NCBI GenBank assembly: GCA_964304625.1
Contig: OZ199838.1
Location: forward strand, 14,324,261-14,388,260
Origin: Kudoa neothunni
Taxonomy: Eukaryota > Animalia > Cnidaria
Reading direction: 5' to 3'
Length of the DNA: 64,000 bases
Shown piece after piece: positions 12,749 to 28,484 of the stretch (positions are counted from its first letter, which is position 1; every line of letters begins with the position of its first letter). The notes beneath the pieces are model-generated. The model ran no database searches. It saw nothing but the letters and a program-made list of their open reading frames with translations, and was not told the DNA's origin. The position numbers were made by a program, and so were the translations under genes.

Positions 12749-13750
12749 AGTGACGTGTGGTTTGTAACTTATCAGGTGTGTCGAGATTGTCGTTTTCGAT
12801 TAATGGCAAAATAGAGAACAGAAATAAAAATTGAGTTAGGGCATTAAAAGAGAAATATGAAATAATAAAGTTTTTGGAAAACTAGCGAAGGAATGGGGCG
12901 GAAACAACATCGCAAACGACGCCAATATTAATGATTTTATAAGTGATGGTAACTGTCACAGAGATGACAGGTTTCGTAAATATGATTATAGAACACGAAA
13001 AATTAATCCGTTCTAAATTGCCTCTATCATTTGTCTGATTTAAGACATTATTTTAAATATCACGGTTGAAATAGTTATAACCATCAAATGGATATTAAAC
13101 GAGAAGTATTATAATTGTCAGAAAACTTAAAAATATTATTATACCTATTTAAACCATGATATTTAAAATAACGTCTTAAATCAGACAAATGAGGTAGACA
13201 ATTTGAGGTGAAATAATTCTTCGTCGTCAAATTTATGAAAATTTTCATCTCAATTACAGTTACCATCACTTATATGGTCACTAATATTGGCATCATTTTC
13301 AATATTGTTTTCGCTGCAGGTCTTGACTAGTTTTCCATAAATTTTATGTGCCGAGGGCAGATAACACAACAATGTGCCACTCGGGCTCAGAACCGTGTGG
13401 TAATGGGTTCAAATCCGCCAGTAGTCAGAATCTCCGGAACCCATCGAAACGCAAGTAATTTTCAGGCCTCACAGAGCCAACCTCCTTAAAGGGATAGGGG
13501 CGGGGTTTCAAAAACGTCCTGCGATGCCTACAGCTTTAATGGAAGAGGTCTGACCAACCAGAATTCCACAACTTAATAAGTTGCGCCAGGGGTTTTATCT
13601 TGTAATAAAAAGAAAATCGAAAAATTGTATTATTTCATATTTCTCTTTTAAATTCCTAACTCGGTTGGTTTTTATTTCTGTTTCCCATTTCGTCACCAAT
13701 CGAAAACAAGAGTCGCAACGCACACAAAAAGTTACAAACCACGCATCACT
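12749..13750. mobile_element. foldback/MITE-like element with ~330-bp imperfect inverted arms; right arm interrupted by a SINE
   Basis: 12749-13080 is the reverse complement of 13137-13347 plus 13618-13750 (e.g. ATTTGTCTGATTTAAGAC / GTCTTAAATCAGACAAAT; ATAAGTGATGGTAACTGT / ACAGTTACCATCACTTAT). Confidence 0.8.
13350..13616 (+). mobile_element. tRNA-derived SINE, internally deleted copy
   Basis: Head GCCGAGGGCAGAT...GGTTCAAATCC, tail GCGCCAGGGGTTTTATCTTGT + A-rich end, degenerate TSD CCATAAATTTTAT / CGAAAAATTGTAT. Confidence 0.85.
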
Positions 13751-14119
13751 ACAAAATAATCCATAACAAATACAATTAACTTAAAAAATATTTATGAACG
13801 ATACAAACCTTTGATACTGAAAAATAAACGTCGACATTTGCGATTCCTATCTATATATCTATAAGCAGCCTAGCTTGTTGAATAATAAGTAATAAGGTGG
13901 AAAATTTGTTTCACCAAAAACTAATATCACATGAATATACGATATCACTGAATTAATAATTAATATCATTGTAATTATAAGAAAAATTAACGATTTATAC
14001 TAAAGCGCCGTTCGTTAATTTTCTAAATAAATTGAAATTATTTAATATTCAACACCAAGAACTAGAATATTAGCAAAAGGAAACATTGTAATAAAAAATA
14101 ATCACACCAAAATTAAAAA

Positions 14120-17100
14120 TTAGATGTCAAGAGTTGGTATCGTGCTATCCATTGAAAAGTACCACTTGTGAATAAAATTTACATAGGAAACGGCCTAAAA
14201 TTATTAAAAAATAAACAATCAATCGGTCTATCTTAAATAAATACGTATTCAGCCGTATATTGGTCTTTGCATGCGATCTTTCGTGAGTTGCTGCTCTCAA
14301 TGTGTTTTAGGTTCAATGATGATCCACAAGTTAAAAATTCAACGAAATATTTTCTTTTCTCTATGCAGCAATATAAACAGTGAAACTTTATTTGAAAAAA
14401 GAGTACCATAGTAAACTGAGCAACTCTTTAAATTTTTCAGATCGATCACAAATCGAATATACAGTTTTGGCTTGGAATGTTTAGACGGTTTTGCGCTATC
14501 TTGTACGATGTAAATTCTGCAATCCGAAACCATAATCCTAAAGCCTACGTATCCTTCACCAAGATTACAATACCATATGAGGCGTTGTTGGATGGAATAA
14601 TCGGTGAGCTGTATAAACAAGGATTGTTGTCGAACAAACTCCTCATTGTAGTCGTAAAACGCTGAGCTCAATCGAAATATGTGTCGCCTTTCACGGTCCA
14701 TATGAGGTTGTGGTGGAGGTGGTCTAGCAGATTCACGAATGGCGGTAAAAGTGGCTGATGTCATATCCAGCATTCCTGCCATTATCTTGGTAACTCCACC
14801 ACCAATTCCAGTACCAAGTCCAGACACAAACCCCTAAACAAATTCAAATCGATGATTCAACACAACAATCCCCACTAACCTTCAATCCTTTCGAACTGGC
14901 TCCTTGTATCGGTTTCATAATAATATCAGATATTCCAGTTTCGAAACCAGCACCAAAGCTTTGAAAACCTTCGGCTAAATGCCCCAGCCCACCAATAGGA
15001 CGATTTTGATAAATACGACGAGAAATGGTGATTTCGGTGTTATCCATAGGTGACAAACGTTTTAATCTTGTGGACATGGTATCAGTAACCTAGATGGATG
15101 AGATATAGACATTTGTTTTGGGATGATTCCTCTAATTATACAACAAAGGAACTAATAATATTTACCTTGGCAAAAGAGTCAGAAATTCCATGTGCAATAT
15201 TCACAATAAGATTGGTGACATCACCCTCAAAAACCAAACTGTCCACACCCGACGAGACATCACTAATAAAACCCATTGGATTTCCGAGAGCGTTCAACGA
15301 CAACAACAAATATGCCGCTTTGCTTTTGAATATATTTTTTAAGTGGTGTTTGAATCGAAGTAGGTAAGACGAGAGTAACTCTTGGGTGGGTTCCACACAT
15401 AGTTCTGACACTATTAAGATCACATCTTGCACAGGAGAAGAGGGTAGGTTTAATCGTTTGTGAATCAAAGCCAAATGAGGTTCGATCTGTACCACACACG
15501 GCTTGTAACTTAGAAGTATGCTGAAATTTTTCATTTTGGATTTTTCGCAAAAAATAAACGTTTCCATAGAGTCAAATGAAGAAGATGAAACAGACGAATT
15601 CACCATAACATTTTGGAGAAATTGTTTAGATTCCTCCAACTTTTGAACATTTCTCATGGTGTCCTGATAATATAGAACATGCTGGCTAATTCCAACATTA
15701 AACATTTGCACCAATTTCAGTATCACCAGTTCATCCACAAATAGACACAAATCACAGAAACCCATCGATACATCATTTATTGTGAGAAATTTCCTATTGA
15801 AGAGTTTTAACGATTGGATATCCAGTCGGAATTGATTATTGTTGGTGTCAGTTTCTTCTTGCTTCAACACAAAAATCACAAATCTATTTTGACATTCTAA
15901 TATTTTGTTGTCGATCTAAAATAAAAAATTGACAAGGATATACAAAACAGGCGCATATCATTTACCTGAGGTTCAACCAATACAACCGAAATATCACACT
16001 GATTTCGATTGCACATAGTGAGATCTATCGACGCAGACTTCACATGGAGAGAAATAATTTCTTCAGGAATTTGATTGATGAACGTAAATGCGAAGGAGCC
16101 TCTCAGTTGAATCTTAACTACATCATCAGAATACACAAAATCCTGGTGCATGGACTGGGTGTATTGGGATTGATCTGAGATGTACTCAATATTGTCAACC
16201 GTCGCCTCAACCATTTTGTCATTGACAGAATGGTTGAGAATGACAAATTTGTAGGTGACGCCAACAAGCCAAGCTTGAATTTGAACAGCCCCACTGCCAG
16301 GGAGAACATATTCACAGAAAAGCTTTTTCTTGCTTGTTGTAATACTTTTTTCTGGTCCCATCATCAGTAAATCATTCATGGGGCAGTTCGGATTGATAGG
16401 GTTGGTTTCAATTTGACTGGGAACATTGTACAGTGAAAGTATTTTGTAACGTGGTGAAACATCCAATGAGGTCGGGTCGATGATCCAATAAAAAACGCCA
16501 TCATCAGAAGCAGTGTTCTTGTCTACCATTGTGAGTTTCAACTTGGAGTTTTGTGAGTTTGGTTCATACACACCACCAAGAATAGATTTGTGATTGGCAA
16601 ATAGGTCGTCAGCGAGCACATAGCCATTGAAATGGTCTGCAACGTTGTGAATGAATCCTTCCGCAGTAATGTACCAAAACTGAGTGTGTTTATGGGGAAT
16701 TTTCGGAGAGGCGACAATTTGGAATGACAATGTGTTGAAATCTAGCACAATAGAATTGTCCCTTGGTTGATAGAATTGGTGTGGACCACAATCAGGAATC
16801 ACATGAATATAAAAAATGTTGCAATATTTGACAAATCTTGTGAGTTTTGTTGATGGTTTTATGGAGTTGAGAGAAATAGACGAGAGTGAATCGAACAAGG
16901 TGAATGTGATAGCGGGATCCTTTGATATGTTGTCATAACCACACGATACATAATGCAGCGGAGGGCATAAGATAGGGGTATGCTGGGATTCGAAAAATTT
17001 CACACCAGTAACAACCATCGATTGATTTTTCACCGTGACCGGTGGTAGATGTGTTGTTGCATCGAATATTTTGATCACGTAGGTGGCATCAACCAGTTGT

Positions 17101-20100
17101 ACAACACAATGAAGAAACATCACTTGATCACCTTCAATACTAACACAACAAACCAAAGTCGATCCCTCACAATCAACAACTAGATCATTAGACCATTGGT
17201 ATGTGATATTGTTCGACGTAGGACAACAACATCTCAAGTTGACTGCAAAACTTTCCGCAGCATAATTGCTAGATCGATCGTTGCATATTTCAAGAGTGGA
17301 GTTTGGTGGTGCGGACGAAAATTCAAAATCATCCTGAATTGTAGAATCACTTTCAGACGATTGAAATTTTCTTCTTAAATCAACACTGAAATCGGTGTGA
17401 TTTTCCACTGAAAATCGAGGCATCATTGAAATAATCCATGTTCCAATAAGAGGGAATGGAGCTTTACGTATAATTACACCAACGTCGACAGTCTTGTAGT
17501 GGTCATTGTTGTCATCAGAACGCGTAACCAGCACCCGATAGGTGGTGCATTCGACCAGTGGGATTTCTTCACACCACTCGGGAGAACAATAGGTTGGTGA
17601 GGTCAAGCTGGGTTTATATCCTTTACCTAACCTAACCTCCATCATGATATCCTCCTGGCTGAGGGAAAAACGCGACGCCTCAGGAAATGACAACATCAAA
17701 GGATGCGAATTTTTAGCTGATTCATGCTCTGATGATTGTCCAGCAAATATATCGTCTTGATTTCTCAATTTCACCAGCAATGGAAATCTGGTTTTATTCA
17801 CGAACCAACAAGGAACTGAAAGTATCAAGTAGGCTGAACGTTCTTCGTCAGCTCGGCAATAAATCATAAGGGTTAAATTCCTACCGTTGCCGTCTCTCAT
17901 TTCAGCAATGAAATAGCTAAGATTGCTGTTGGAATTGAGCGGGATTGTGACAACATTTTTTTGAGTGTAGGTGTCAACAGAGAAAATCATTTTAATCGTT
18001 GAATTTGGTGGAATTCTTTCCAACAACATTGATGAACAAGCATTACACGTAGTCAACGAGTAGATTGGATGATCGTTGTCATCCAATATTTTCATCGCGA
18101 TATCATATGGTAGAGAATTGTTCAGTTTGAGATAGGGTTTGAATTCGATTTCGGCTCCCACTAAAATATCGATTTCATTTTTGTCTATTGGAAGGGGATT
18201 TTCCATTGCCAACAGTGCATTTTTAAGAAAAATATTACGACCAATGTGTGCAACACAGTATGCGTCATTGGAGAGAGATATCAATTCGGATGGGTTGGTA
18301 TCGCTTGCTGCAGCTGCTGCCACCCAATTTATATGATGGTAGTCCTTATTTTTGTTACTGCTACGAACTGCACTTGAAACAATAAACATGTCGTAACGAA
18401 TATATGTGATTGGAAGGTGAATCTTAGCGCCTGCCAACACATCCACATCATCAACGTAACGTTTGATCTTCATATCAAAAAATTTGAGAACTATTGGGTA
18501 GGATGTGTGATTGACCACTGAGAGTGGTGACACAAATGAGACCCGTCGTATATATCCGTCCATATCGATATTGCACATTAGAATATACTTTTGATTGTCA
18601 ATAAACGAATTTATGATACGATAATAACAGCCAATATTTTCTAGATTGATTGCTTCGACATAATCATGAAAACTGGGAATCAGTTGGATGTAATAGTTGG
18701 GTAACAGCTCACACTTTTCAGGCGTTGTGTAGGAGGAGGTTTGGGTTGACTGTAATGGAACCTTATAGATGATGCTGGAATTGTTGGACAATTCCAAAAT
18801 GGGGCTTTCTCCTTGTAGATATTCCTCGAGTTTGTTGATTGTAGTATCTTTGTTATATTTAAGAACGAGCGAGTCGTTTTTGAGGTCGGCGGGTGACAAC
18901 ATTTTGACCACCATTTTTAAATGAAATCCAATTTTATTGACAATCGAAATCACTAACCACGAAGGATCATCACTAAAGTAGTTGTCACTACCCGACTTTA
19001 AATTGCCACTAGCACTACTATTACTAACAGTAGCGCTGGAGGAGTTGGCTGAAGAAACTTTAGTGTTATTGAGTGAGATTTGCTTAGAAAGCATTTGTAA
19101 AGTTTCCAACGCGTTACAACTAAAGTTTACGTAAAGTTTGTTTGAAGAATGAATATTGATAGTTTTTTCCTTGTCACTACTCCAAACAATATCTAATCGT
19201 AATGGTTCTGTGAGCGATTCCCATGAAAGTGACACCATATTGAAACAGTCCGTCTGCACTGTAAATGACAACAACCCACCAAAACAATCCCCGGAAGCGT
19301 AGCCTATCAATTCCGATATCTTCAGCTCGAAAATATTCAAAGCTTGATAATGCAAATGACAAATCATATTCAGTTGAATTGTCGGTATTTCAAAATGAAA
19401 TTTCAAGGACTTAAGAAAACCGCCATGTGTATGAGCTGTTACCTTTTTGGCGTCATCACCTTTAAAAATTGAGGCTTTACTTTTGAAATAGTCAACCAAA
19501 ACTTTCAAATCTTGACATATTATAAGGTAGGTGGCGGGAAGATGACAACATTGCACAGGCTTGGTAAATTTTATATCTACCAAACAAATTTTTCTGGCAC
19601 TCTTCTTAAGTTCAATCACAAACGAAGTAGGTTCTATGATTTTAGCACAATGAGACTGGCTGTGCTTATTGATTTGACTGATGGATGACTTTTGTAAAGT
19701 CATGGTGGTACAATTTAATGTTACCATTTCGTTGGAGTTGAGGGATGTGACAGTACAACCCAACCCCAAGATAAATGCGTTATTTGGATTGATATGATCA
19801 AGGGTGAAATGTATTTGGAAGTATTCGATTTCTCCATGAATATGACATGGCGTTATCTATAATTTTTTTTAATGAAAATCATATAAGCTAATACATAAGC
19901 CAATATTTTACGATTAAATTATTTAAAATTAAAATCATTAAACCACTTAAAAGCTTAATATTCATCATATTTGTGATCTAATATTTTCAAAATGTTAGAT
20001 CACAGAATATACATATCAAAATAAGGTAAGAAAAATAAAAATTTGTTCTATAACAAATATTTTTGACCATAACTATAATTATTAAATAATCATCAACATA

Positions 20101-23100
20101 ACAATGCAGAGATTCTGTACATATCGTTATTAATAGATATTTGTTAATTAAAAAAATCATGTTATTCTCTCTTAAAAATAGTTAAAATATTCTAAATCAT
20201 ATATTTAATGATTGATAAAATTTATTGTTAAAACTAGTCACAAAATTAAAAAATATGAATATTTTAATCGAATTATCATTTTTGGAATAATTTTTATAAC
20301 ATATTAACGATTATATTCGTTTATAGATACCATGTCTCCTCGAATATAAGAGCTATTAATTATTTTTGACTCAATAGGGGCATTAGGTCTTATATTTATA
20401 ACAGACAAACTTCCCATGCATTATTTAGCTCATAAAACAGAGTAAAAATACTTTTTTTAAATAGACCAATAATATTTTAATTTATAAAAATATTATGTAG
20501 AACATATAATTTGACAAATATTGTTATTATCTTTAAAGATGGATATAAATTAACAATTAACTATCAAAATATATATATATATATATATATGTATCTAGTG
20601 AGTATTTCACCTCGAAAATTTTTTTTATTACTAACCACCAAATAAAGAATATTCTACTAAGTCAGTTTTTTGGATAAATCTTCTACTAGAAACTAGCTCA
20701 AGAATACGATTAGGTCTAATACTCGAGGAAAAATAGTGGCCGGTTATCTTATTTGTAAATAAAAGACAAAAATTACCCTTTTATTTCTAGTAGATGGCAA
20801 ATCAACCGGCACAGATAACTGAGACTTCCCAATACGGGCAATAAACGCGACAAGGTTATCCACCAACTTTGAATCGAGTCTTATTGCCGATACCTTTGAA
20901 ACGAAGAATAGATTTGATTTTGATTTGTTCATAAAGTAGGATATAGCGAAAATATCATCAGATTCATCATAGGAATCTTTTAATGATTTCATATTTGACC
21001 CAACAATGCTCACACCTTCAACACAAACATCATCGAGGGTGAATGAAATGAATTTAGTTTTATCGGAGAATTGTTTAAAGTCGAATTTTTGTCGAATCAA
21101 TTTGACAGTAATGGCATTATTGATTAGTGTCGATTGTGTCGGCGAAGATAAGATAAGATTGATAGTTAACGGTGCGTCGATGTGAATTGATATCTGATAA
21201 AATGTAACAATTTCCTCTTGAAATTCAAAATTTGTCGATCCTCTCAAATTAGGAGAACGATTTGGGAGCGAATCCGTCGTCAAAAACACATCATCAAAGG
21301 TTGCATCACTATTTGCATTAGAAATAAGATTAAGCGTCATAACAATTTTTTGGATCAGTTCTGATGGCAGTTTGAGAGATAAAGCATCATGTTGTACGAA
21401 TTTCAACAGAAAATAGCATCTATCTGTAACACTGACGTTAATAGTCAAGTTTATAACTGGCACCGGCATGCGTGAATTAATCTCAAAAAGTGAATAATCC
21501 ATATGTGATTCACCATGTTGGGGTGATAAAATATCGCATCCATTACAATATTTCACATCGAATGGAATTTTGCTATTAACAAGTGTGGAATTTTGCAAAG
21601 AACTAATCAGGCTAAATCCAAATGTATCAAGGCATAGGAATGAAGAAAAGGCTGGGCGAATAGTGACATCATCGTTTGACGATTGTAAATCTGAAGAGAC
21701 AAGGGGGAAAATTATTCTGCATTCACCCACTCCAATATCCAATCTACTAAGAGACAACCATCGATACTGGTCGCTCGTTAAAGCGAAAGGAGGTGTTTGG
21801 AGCATATCGCTATATGATCCAACGCAAGGAAGACTTGGACTAATATTTGAATTGATAGAATATAAGTCAGCATTTCCACCGAATTCTCTCTGAAATGTCG
21901 TTGGTTGTGTGCTAGATGATAGTAATACCACGGGATCTTGCCTTCGAAACTTAGATCCAATACTACTTCTCCTGTGTGCAAAAGAATCAGCAATAAAACT
22001 TCGGTTAGACTGTTTCTGTTGGAAAGTTGATGTGTGCGTGTGGAATAAAAAAGAGAGATGAGAGAAGAAAAACTTAATCTGTTTAAGAAGAGCATAATCA
22101 TAAAAAAATGTGATTCCAGTCATTCTCGAAACAATTGCATACCCAACTTTATCAGTTTGAACGCCAGCAATATTCTCTATTTCAATGGGTTTGATTTGTA
22201 CCGTGAAAATACAGTCATGGTCTAAATCAACATGCGACCTATTGAAAGAGAGCATACGAGTGGTTGATAGCTTGTTTTTGTCCGTAATATTATCAACAGA
22301 AGAAGTTTGCGAGTCTATTTTTATATCTTTCAGTTGAAAATCGAATTTTCTCCCTACAAAATTAAGCAAACTCTTAAATGTATCAAATAAAATGGAGAAC
22401 AAAACCAAATTATTCGACAGAACAAGTTTAATTTGAACCATGGTGATTTCAAATGTGAGAATAATTAATGGAAGGGAGGGATATGTGGAATTGAGCCCCT
22501 GGTTTGAGTTATCAACAAAAAAATTAGGCTTATGTGCTTCGATATTATCAAATGTGTTAACAAAGAATTCAGCCAGCAAAACACTTATAAACAAATCAAT
22601 ATTATAGGTAACACCGCCACAGAAGATTTGCACTTGCTGAACATTTTCAGAAAAGTATGATTCAACCAAAAAACTATATTGCCGATCGTTATTATAGCTA
22701 TTGTAGTTGTTGATTATTATTGGGGTGGTGAATTTGTGAAAAAACACAACATTAGGATCTTGTGTGGAAAAGAGATCTGGCATTGGACTTGAAAAAGCAG
22801 GTACCACTTTGGCATCTTCGACTGTGAACAGCATGCCGAAATTTTGCTTGCAAAATCTAACACCAGCAATCACCATTTCAGACAAGTGTTCCATTGGGTG
22901 AACTAAAGTGATCGACGGCTTCCAAAAATTGATCACCAACTTTTCCATGTCGATCAAAACATTCTCAAAGAGACTGAATTTTGTGGTTAGATGAAGTTGT
23001 ACTGTGTCAAGAAGGAGTTGATTAATTTGAAATGAAGCTCTCCAAAGATTAAAAAAATTAATTATAGCACCCAACGGTTTTGGACAAAAGTCCACACTGA

Positions 23101-26100
23101 AACATTCCAAAAACGTAAGTTCCAACTTTGATTCATCGAAAGCAAGCGAGAAATCGGTAGCATTTAATTTAAAGATATTCATTTGATGGCTGTCAGATGG
23201 ATTCGTCAAGAACACCTCATCAACATGACCTCTGAATAGGTTGACCGATGTGATATGTTTCAACGAAAAGTGAGATGACGTGACAACTGTTTTAGAGTCG
23301 GTTTTGGTTTTCATGAATGTTAGGCCTCCAATATCCATCAACAACACTGACTTTTCACGTAAAAAGTCGGGCAATTCACAACAAAATCCAACCAAAATGT
23401 TTTCAAAAATGATCTCCAACACAATATCATTCGTATTATTAGCTGCTGGAGATATTTCAGATTTAACATCTGGATATTTGATTTTATCCATTAAAAAATT
23501 CGCCATTTGACACAACAATGCGATACAACTCAACATCTGAGGGTAGACCAACAATACAAATTCATTACATTTGAACTGGATTCTGCTGCCATTATCATAT
23601 TTGATATGAATAAAACGATAGTTGCTGAACAAATGATGCTCTTTGGAAAGCCAAAATACTGGAATAGTCTGTTTGCCAACGTGCTCAAAAATGGCAACAT
23701 CGATAGTTGAAACAGAAAATTCTGAGGAAACTTCCTCCAACTGAACAGGCGTACTTCTTTTGAAATGCAAATTCTTAAAAGACAATTGGAATTCGTCCAT
23801 ATTCCTTATTGCTGCTACGAGCGTAGATTCGCCATCGAAACAACCAGCAAATTTGAAGACGTCAACCATGAATAGGTATGAAATTCTTATGTCTACACAC
23901 GCCAAATCGACTGTAGTGTACCGAATACTCTTCTCACTGTCATATTCGACTTGCAATACTTTTTTCTGTGGTAATGATGTTACAAAGAGATAAGTGATCG
24001 AGTCCCCATTCTTCCGCCTCGTCGAAACACGCAAAGCTTCAAAGTTAACATCCACATTTCCATTTCGTCTTTTGTTGAAACAAAAATCACTTATTTCCAA
24101 AGTTAATCTATCATTAGATGAGTCCACAAAATGAACTTCAATCGACGGAATATTGATGGTCAAATCTAAATACAATTTTAATAATTCATTCCAGTCAATC
24201 AGTTGATATTTTATTCATCCCTAGAACACCTGAGGAAAAAAAGTTACACGAATATCCGGAGGTGGGCATTGTGACCACATGCAAAAATGTATTAAAATGA
24301 TAAAAATCGTTTCACTTAAGGTTAAGAACACAATTATTTAGGTTTTTTTTACATTTTAAATACAATAAATTTAATAAAAATAAATTGGTAATGCACTTTT
24401 GTCACGTTTATTTGCGCAAGTGCGAAGAACAGGAATAATTATGCCTGTATATGCTTCGAAAAGCGTGAAAAATTAGAAATAAATTGTTTTATAATTGCTT
24501 CATTTTTCATATTTGTTTCTTCGGTTTACTATTTTAACAGCCGAGGTTTTGTTTTATTCTCAAAATCCACGATTTTATTATTAATCTCTTCCCCTGTTGA
24601 CAGAAATATGTTAAATATATAAATTCGTAGTTTATAAATTGAAATCTGTTATAATAAATTAATTTATGAATAATAAATAAATATATATATCGTCTTAAGA
24701 TTTGTAGATTTTGAATTTTTAAGTTATGATAAGATGGTCTAAATTAAACTTTAAACAACTATAGTTAACTTGCTACTTTTTGTAGACATGAAACTTAACC
24801 AAATTATTATAATATGTACGATTCAAATGCCAGATTTAGTTCACAGAATCAAGTTGTTATGGAAACAAAAAAATGAATCAAAAAATTCATTATAAATTTT
24901 ATTTCACTGAAGAAAAGTTTTTTTGTATATTTAACTATCCAAACGTTGTTATTCATAAGGTGGCCGCGGTGGACATGCCCAGGTCAGGTATGTGTGTAAT
25001 TATTTTTCTTTTTTTTGATTTTAGACGAAAAAATAAAAAGTTAAACTCCATTAATTAAGTATTTTTAAAAGCACCATTATATAAAATAAACGTAGGTAAA
25101 AAAAGGAAACAAAATATTTTGTATAGGCTATTGATATAATGAGCATTGATGGGCCGCCTCCAGGTATTCGACGGTCAACGAGGTTTGTTCTATCGTGGTA
25201 CCACATATTTAACTTGATAATCTCATTTAGTTATGTTTACACACTTCATTCCCCAACATAAAAATTATTTGGTTTTCCAAAAATTAAATATTCGGCTCCT
25301 TTTAGATGATTAATAAATTATCCTAAGTAATTAACGACAAAATTATATATTTCTAATGAAAGGATATAATGTAACAAAATACTCAAAATCAACTGATTGT
25401 TGGTAAAAATAATGTACCTTGTCGAAAAGGAGAAGAAGCGACGGATGGGCTGGTAACTTTTCTTTCTCTAATTCGACGAGAAGATGTATCAACTCCTTTG
25501 TTCTTATTTATTGTGTTACCAGGTGAGAATAATCTTATCCATTGCAACGCAGATATTATACAACCAACAGACGATTGTTCAATGTTGAAAATTAAGTCGC
25601 TGATTGTAATTGTCTGTTCATTGTGCTGAATTAAAGACCAAGTAAAGTTGATGGGTTCAATGAATGGCACACGAGCATGAGGCACAATAGAGTCGTCTAA
25701 GTTTAAAAATGCTGAATTTGAAAAACTGACATTTATCCTATTGAAAGAGTCGGCAGAGGTCTCAAGTGGGTTCTCTTCATCGAATGAGTCAGATGCATCA
25801 GATGTATCGGAGGCATCTGAGGTGGGTGGAGTGTAAAAATCGTTTTCTTCTTTGTAAGTGACTTCGGCTAGGTCACAATTATTCAAAATAAGATGTCCGC
25901 AATCCAACACTGTTGAATATTTACTGGCACCAAACAACACATATGGCAACTTGATATCCGAGTAGAAAAGATAACGTTTGCGGATGGTTGTTGAAGTGAT
26001 AATGGGGGCATTGTATAGTGGTTTCGAATCCGAGATATGGTTGGTGGAATTGGATTCCCTGCTCAATACTTTAGCAAACAAGTTAACCAACTCAAAACTA

Positions 26101-28427
26101 AGTAAGTCTTCGCACAACAAGGTGTTCATCAGATTATCAGCATGAATTCGAACAGGATTGGAGGTGGAGGTGATGGCGGTAATTTTATAGGTAAGCAAAT
26201 TGTTGGAAAATATTCGAAAAACTTTAATTTTAAAAAAATCATCAGAATTCATGCTTTCATAGTCAGTAACATTGGATAACAGAATTCTATTGGATGGTGG
26301 TATAGTTCGGCTGGGAACACCACCCAAAGGTGATGTACACGTTGAGTTGGGCTCAACTAGTTCGATGCCTCTAACTGAAACCATAAAATCTGATGATTTA
26401 TTTCTGATACTGTAATCAAATTTGGCGACGGGTGAAAATAGTTTAAAAATGATGGGATTTTTTTGTCGATGACCTTCTCCCGTGTTAAATTTTATACCAA
26501 CTCGCAAAAGTGGGGAGTTGGTGAGAGAAAATCTCACCAACAACACATCACCACTGAGCACGTTTGCATGCTGTGGTGAAACGTCGGTGCTGTTAGCTAT
26601 AGATATAACTTGGCGGACAAACTCTTGATCATCGGTGGATGTGGTGTTATTTTTTTGAGTGGAGGCTGATAAAGAATCGGTATCAGCATCCAAATCAGAA
26701 CCACTAAAATCCAAAAAACTTCTCAAATACTTTACCCAGCCACTATATTGACGAGAGGGTTCCACTTCGGTAGTATTCAACGATTCTAACGATATCAATT
26801 TCCTTTTTCTGTCGGCGTAGGAGGTTAAAAATTTCTCATTTAATCTGTAGTAAACATTCTCCAGCAGTTTAACAGACGGAATTTGATTTTGAATACAAAT
26901 CATTTTGATTATTAGTCGATCCAATATAGTGTATGTTTTATTTTCCAAATTATGCAAAATTTCATTGTAACATCGTATTATCTCGACAAGATTTGATAGT
27001 TGTTTAGTGACATGACCTTTGTTCCATGAAAAAAGAGAATTTCTGATAACTGACCATCGTTTTCGGCTTAAATTTAGATCAAAGCTGTCTGAAAGTGTGA
27101 GGATTGTGTCAACCAAATCTAATGCCATTGGTGATAACAGTAACAATGTGTTGCTGTTTTCAGACAATTGAACATTGATCCCAAATCTTGGAGTTTCACT
27201 ATTGGTGAGTGAAGACTCACAACTATTATGATGAATGGTAGCTATCAACGATAATGGACCCAACAGATTTTCCATCTATGTTACAGAAAATTATGTATCG
27301 AACATTTATCGTTCATATACTGTTTGTTTTTTACTTCCATCATTTTCCTTTCGCATCATTGTCACTGTGATATTAGCTAGTTCTAGTTGTTTGGTTCTTA
27401 CATTGTTATCCTTAAAAAATTAATTATATTATAAAATTTAACGAATAACTTAGATAAATATAAAAGATTGGCTGAAAAGAAGTATTCAACTCAATTTTCA
27501 TAATTAATTGCCAATTTATTAATATTATCTATGGTGATTATAACTAAATTTCAGCTACTTTATTGTGCTCGTTAGGAGCTATAGGGTTTAGTTTCAACGT
27601 ATTCACATGACCATAAACTACATAGTCTTTAACATGGAATCGAGGAGAAAACGACTTGATCTCAATTTCCATATTATTGAAGAGCGAAGTCATCAGTGAC
27701 TGGTGAAGACGCATCAAACCATCACCAAATATTCTACCGATAAAGGTTTTTTTAATTTTTTGGAATTTTATGTTAGCAATCCTTTCACAAAAAGCTTTCT
27801 AATTGGTTATACATTCACCAAAAGATTCCCTAGCTACGATAAATACTTTAATTTGGTCGATATAATTGTTCAAAATCTGTTTTCTCATATCCTCTTCACA
27901 AATCTATATACATAGACACAATCATTTCACAACATTTCTACTGTGCTACTTTATCAACTGTGAATTCCATAACTATATCCTCACAATAAAAAACCCAAGG
28001 ATTATCGTATGGATGACGATACGGAATAATCAATTTAAGGTAACCAATAGTTCCTTTTAAAAGTAATTTAAAGTAAATAAATTGAAAATAAATCCTTTAA
28101 AAAATCTACCTGATTCCAAATTGATGGTGGATTTATAGGATGAGAATTTGAATGCTGAACATTTCAATTTGAGTTGCCGTATCTCAAGTCCATCTAAAAA
28201 AATAAAACTTCTAATCACGTTATGATATCAAAAATAAATTTAAGGAATCAAAATTAGCGAGAAAAATAATTCATTTCAATTTTTGTTCATAAAAACATAT
28301 AAATGTTGGTCTAATCCAACACAATTAAACACTTACTATATCCAACAGACAACGCCGCTGGATCCAATATATCCACATATGGCCCAATAACGTAATTCAC
28401 AATCCAGGATGCTAGATATTCCAGCAT
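14120..28427 (-). CDS. VPS13D: VPS13D-like bulk lipid transfer protein (multi-exon, roughly 3,700 aa)
   Basis: N-terminus MLEYLASWIVNYVIGPYVD.. resembles the VPS13D chorein start. WESLTEP motif, VAB-type repeats (VPCWFVNKT, PRFSVENHT), ricin-like QFWYITAEGFIHN, C-terminal LNALGNPMG and ATG_C-like G-rich helices. Confidence 0.9.
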
Positions 28428-28474
28428 AATTCCAATTGTAATGGAGTAAAGGCCAGGATTTATTAAAATTTGTA

Positions 28475-28484
28475 GCGCATGCGT
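28475..28484 (-). promoter_or_regulatory. NRF1-like motif upstream of VPS13D
   Basis: GCGCATGCGT about 48 bp upstream of the ATG at 28427. Confidence 0.45.

Noticed and set aside
14477-23993. Short plus-strand ORFs overlapping VPS13D (and likewise ELP3)
   Set aside because: Antisense shadows of long coding exons with no independent features.
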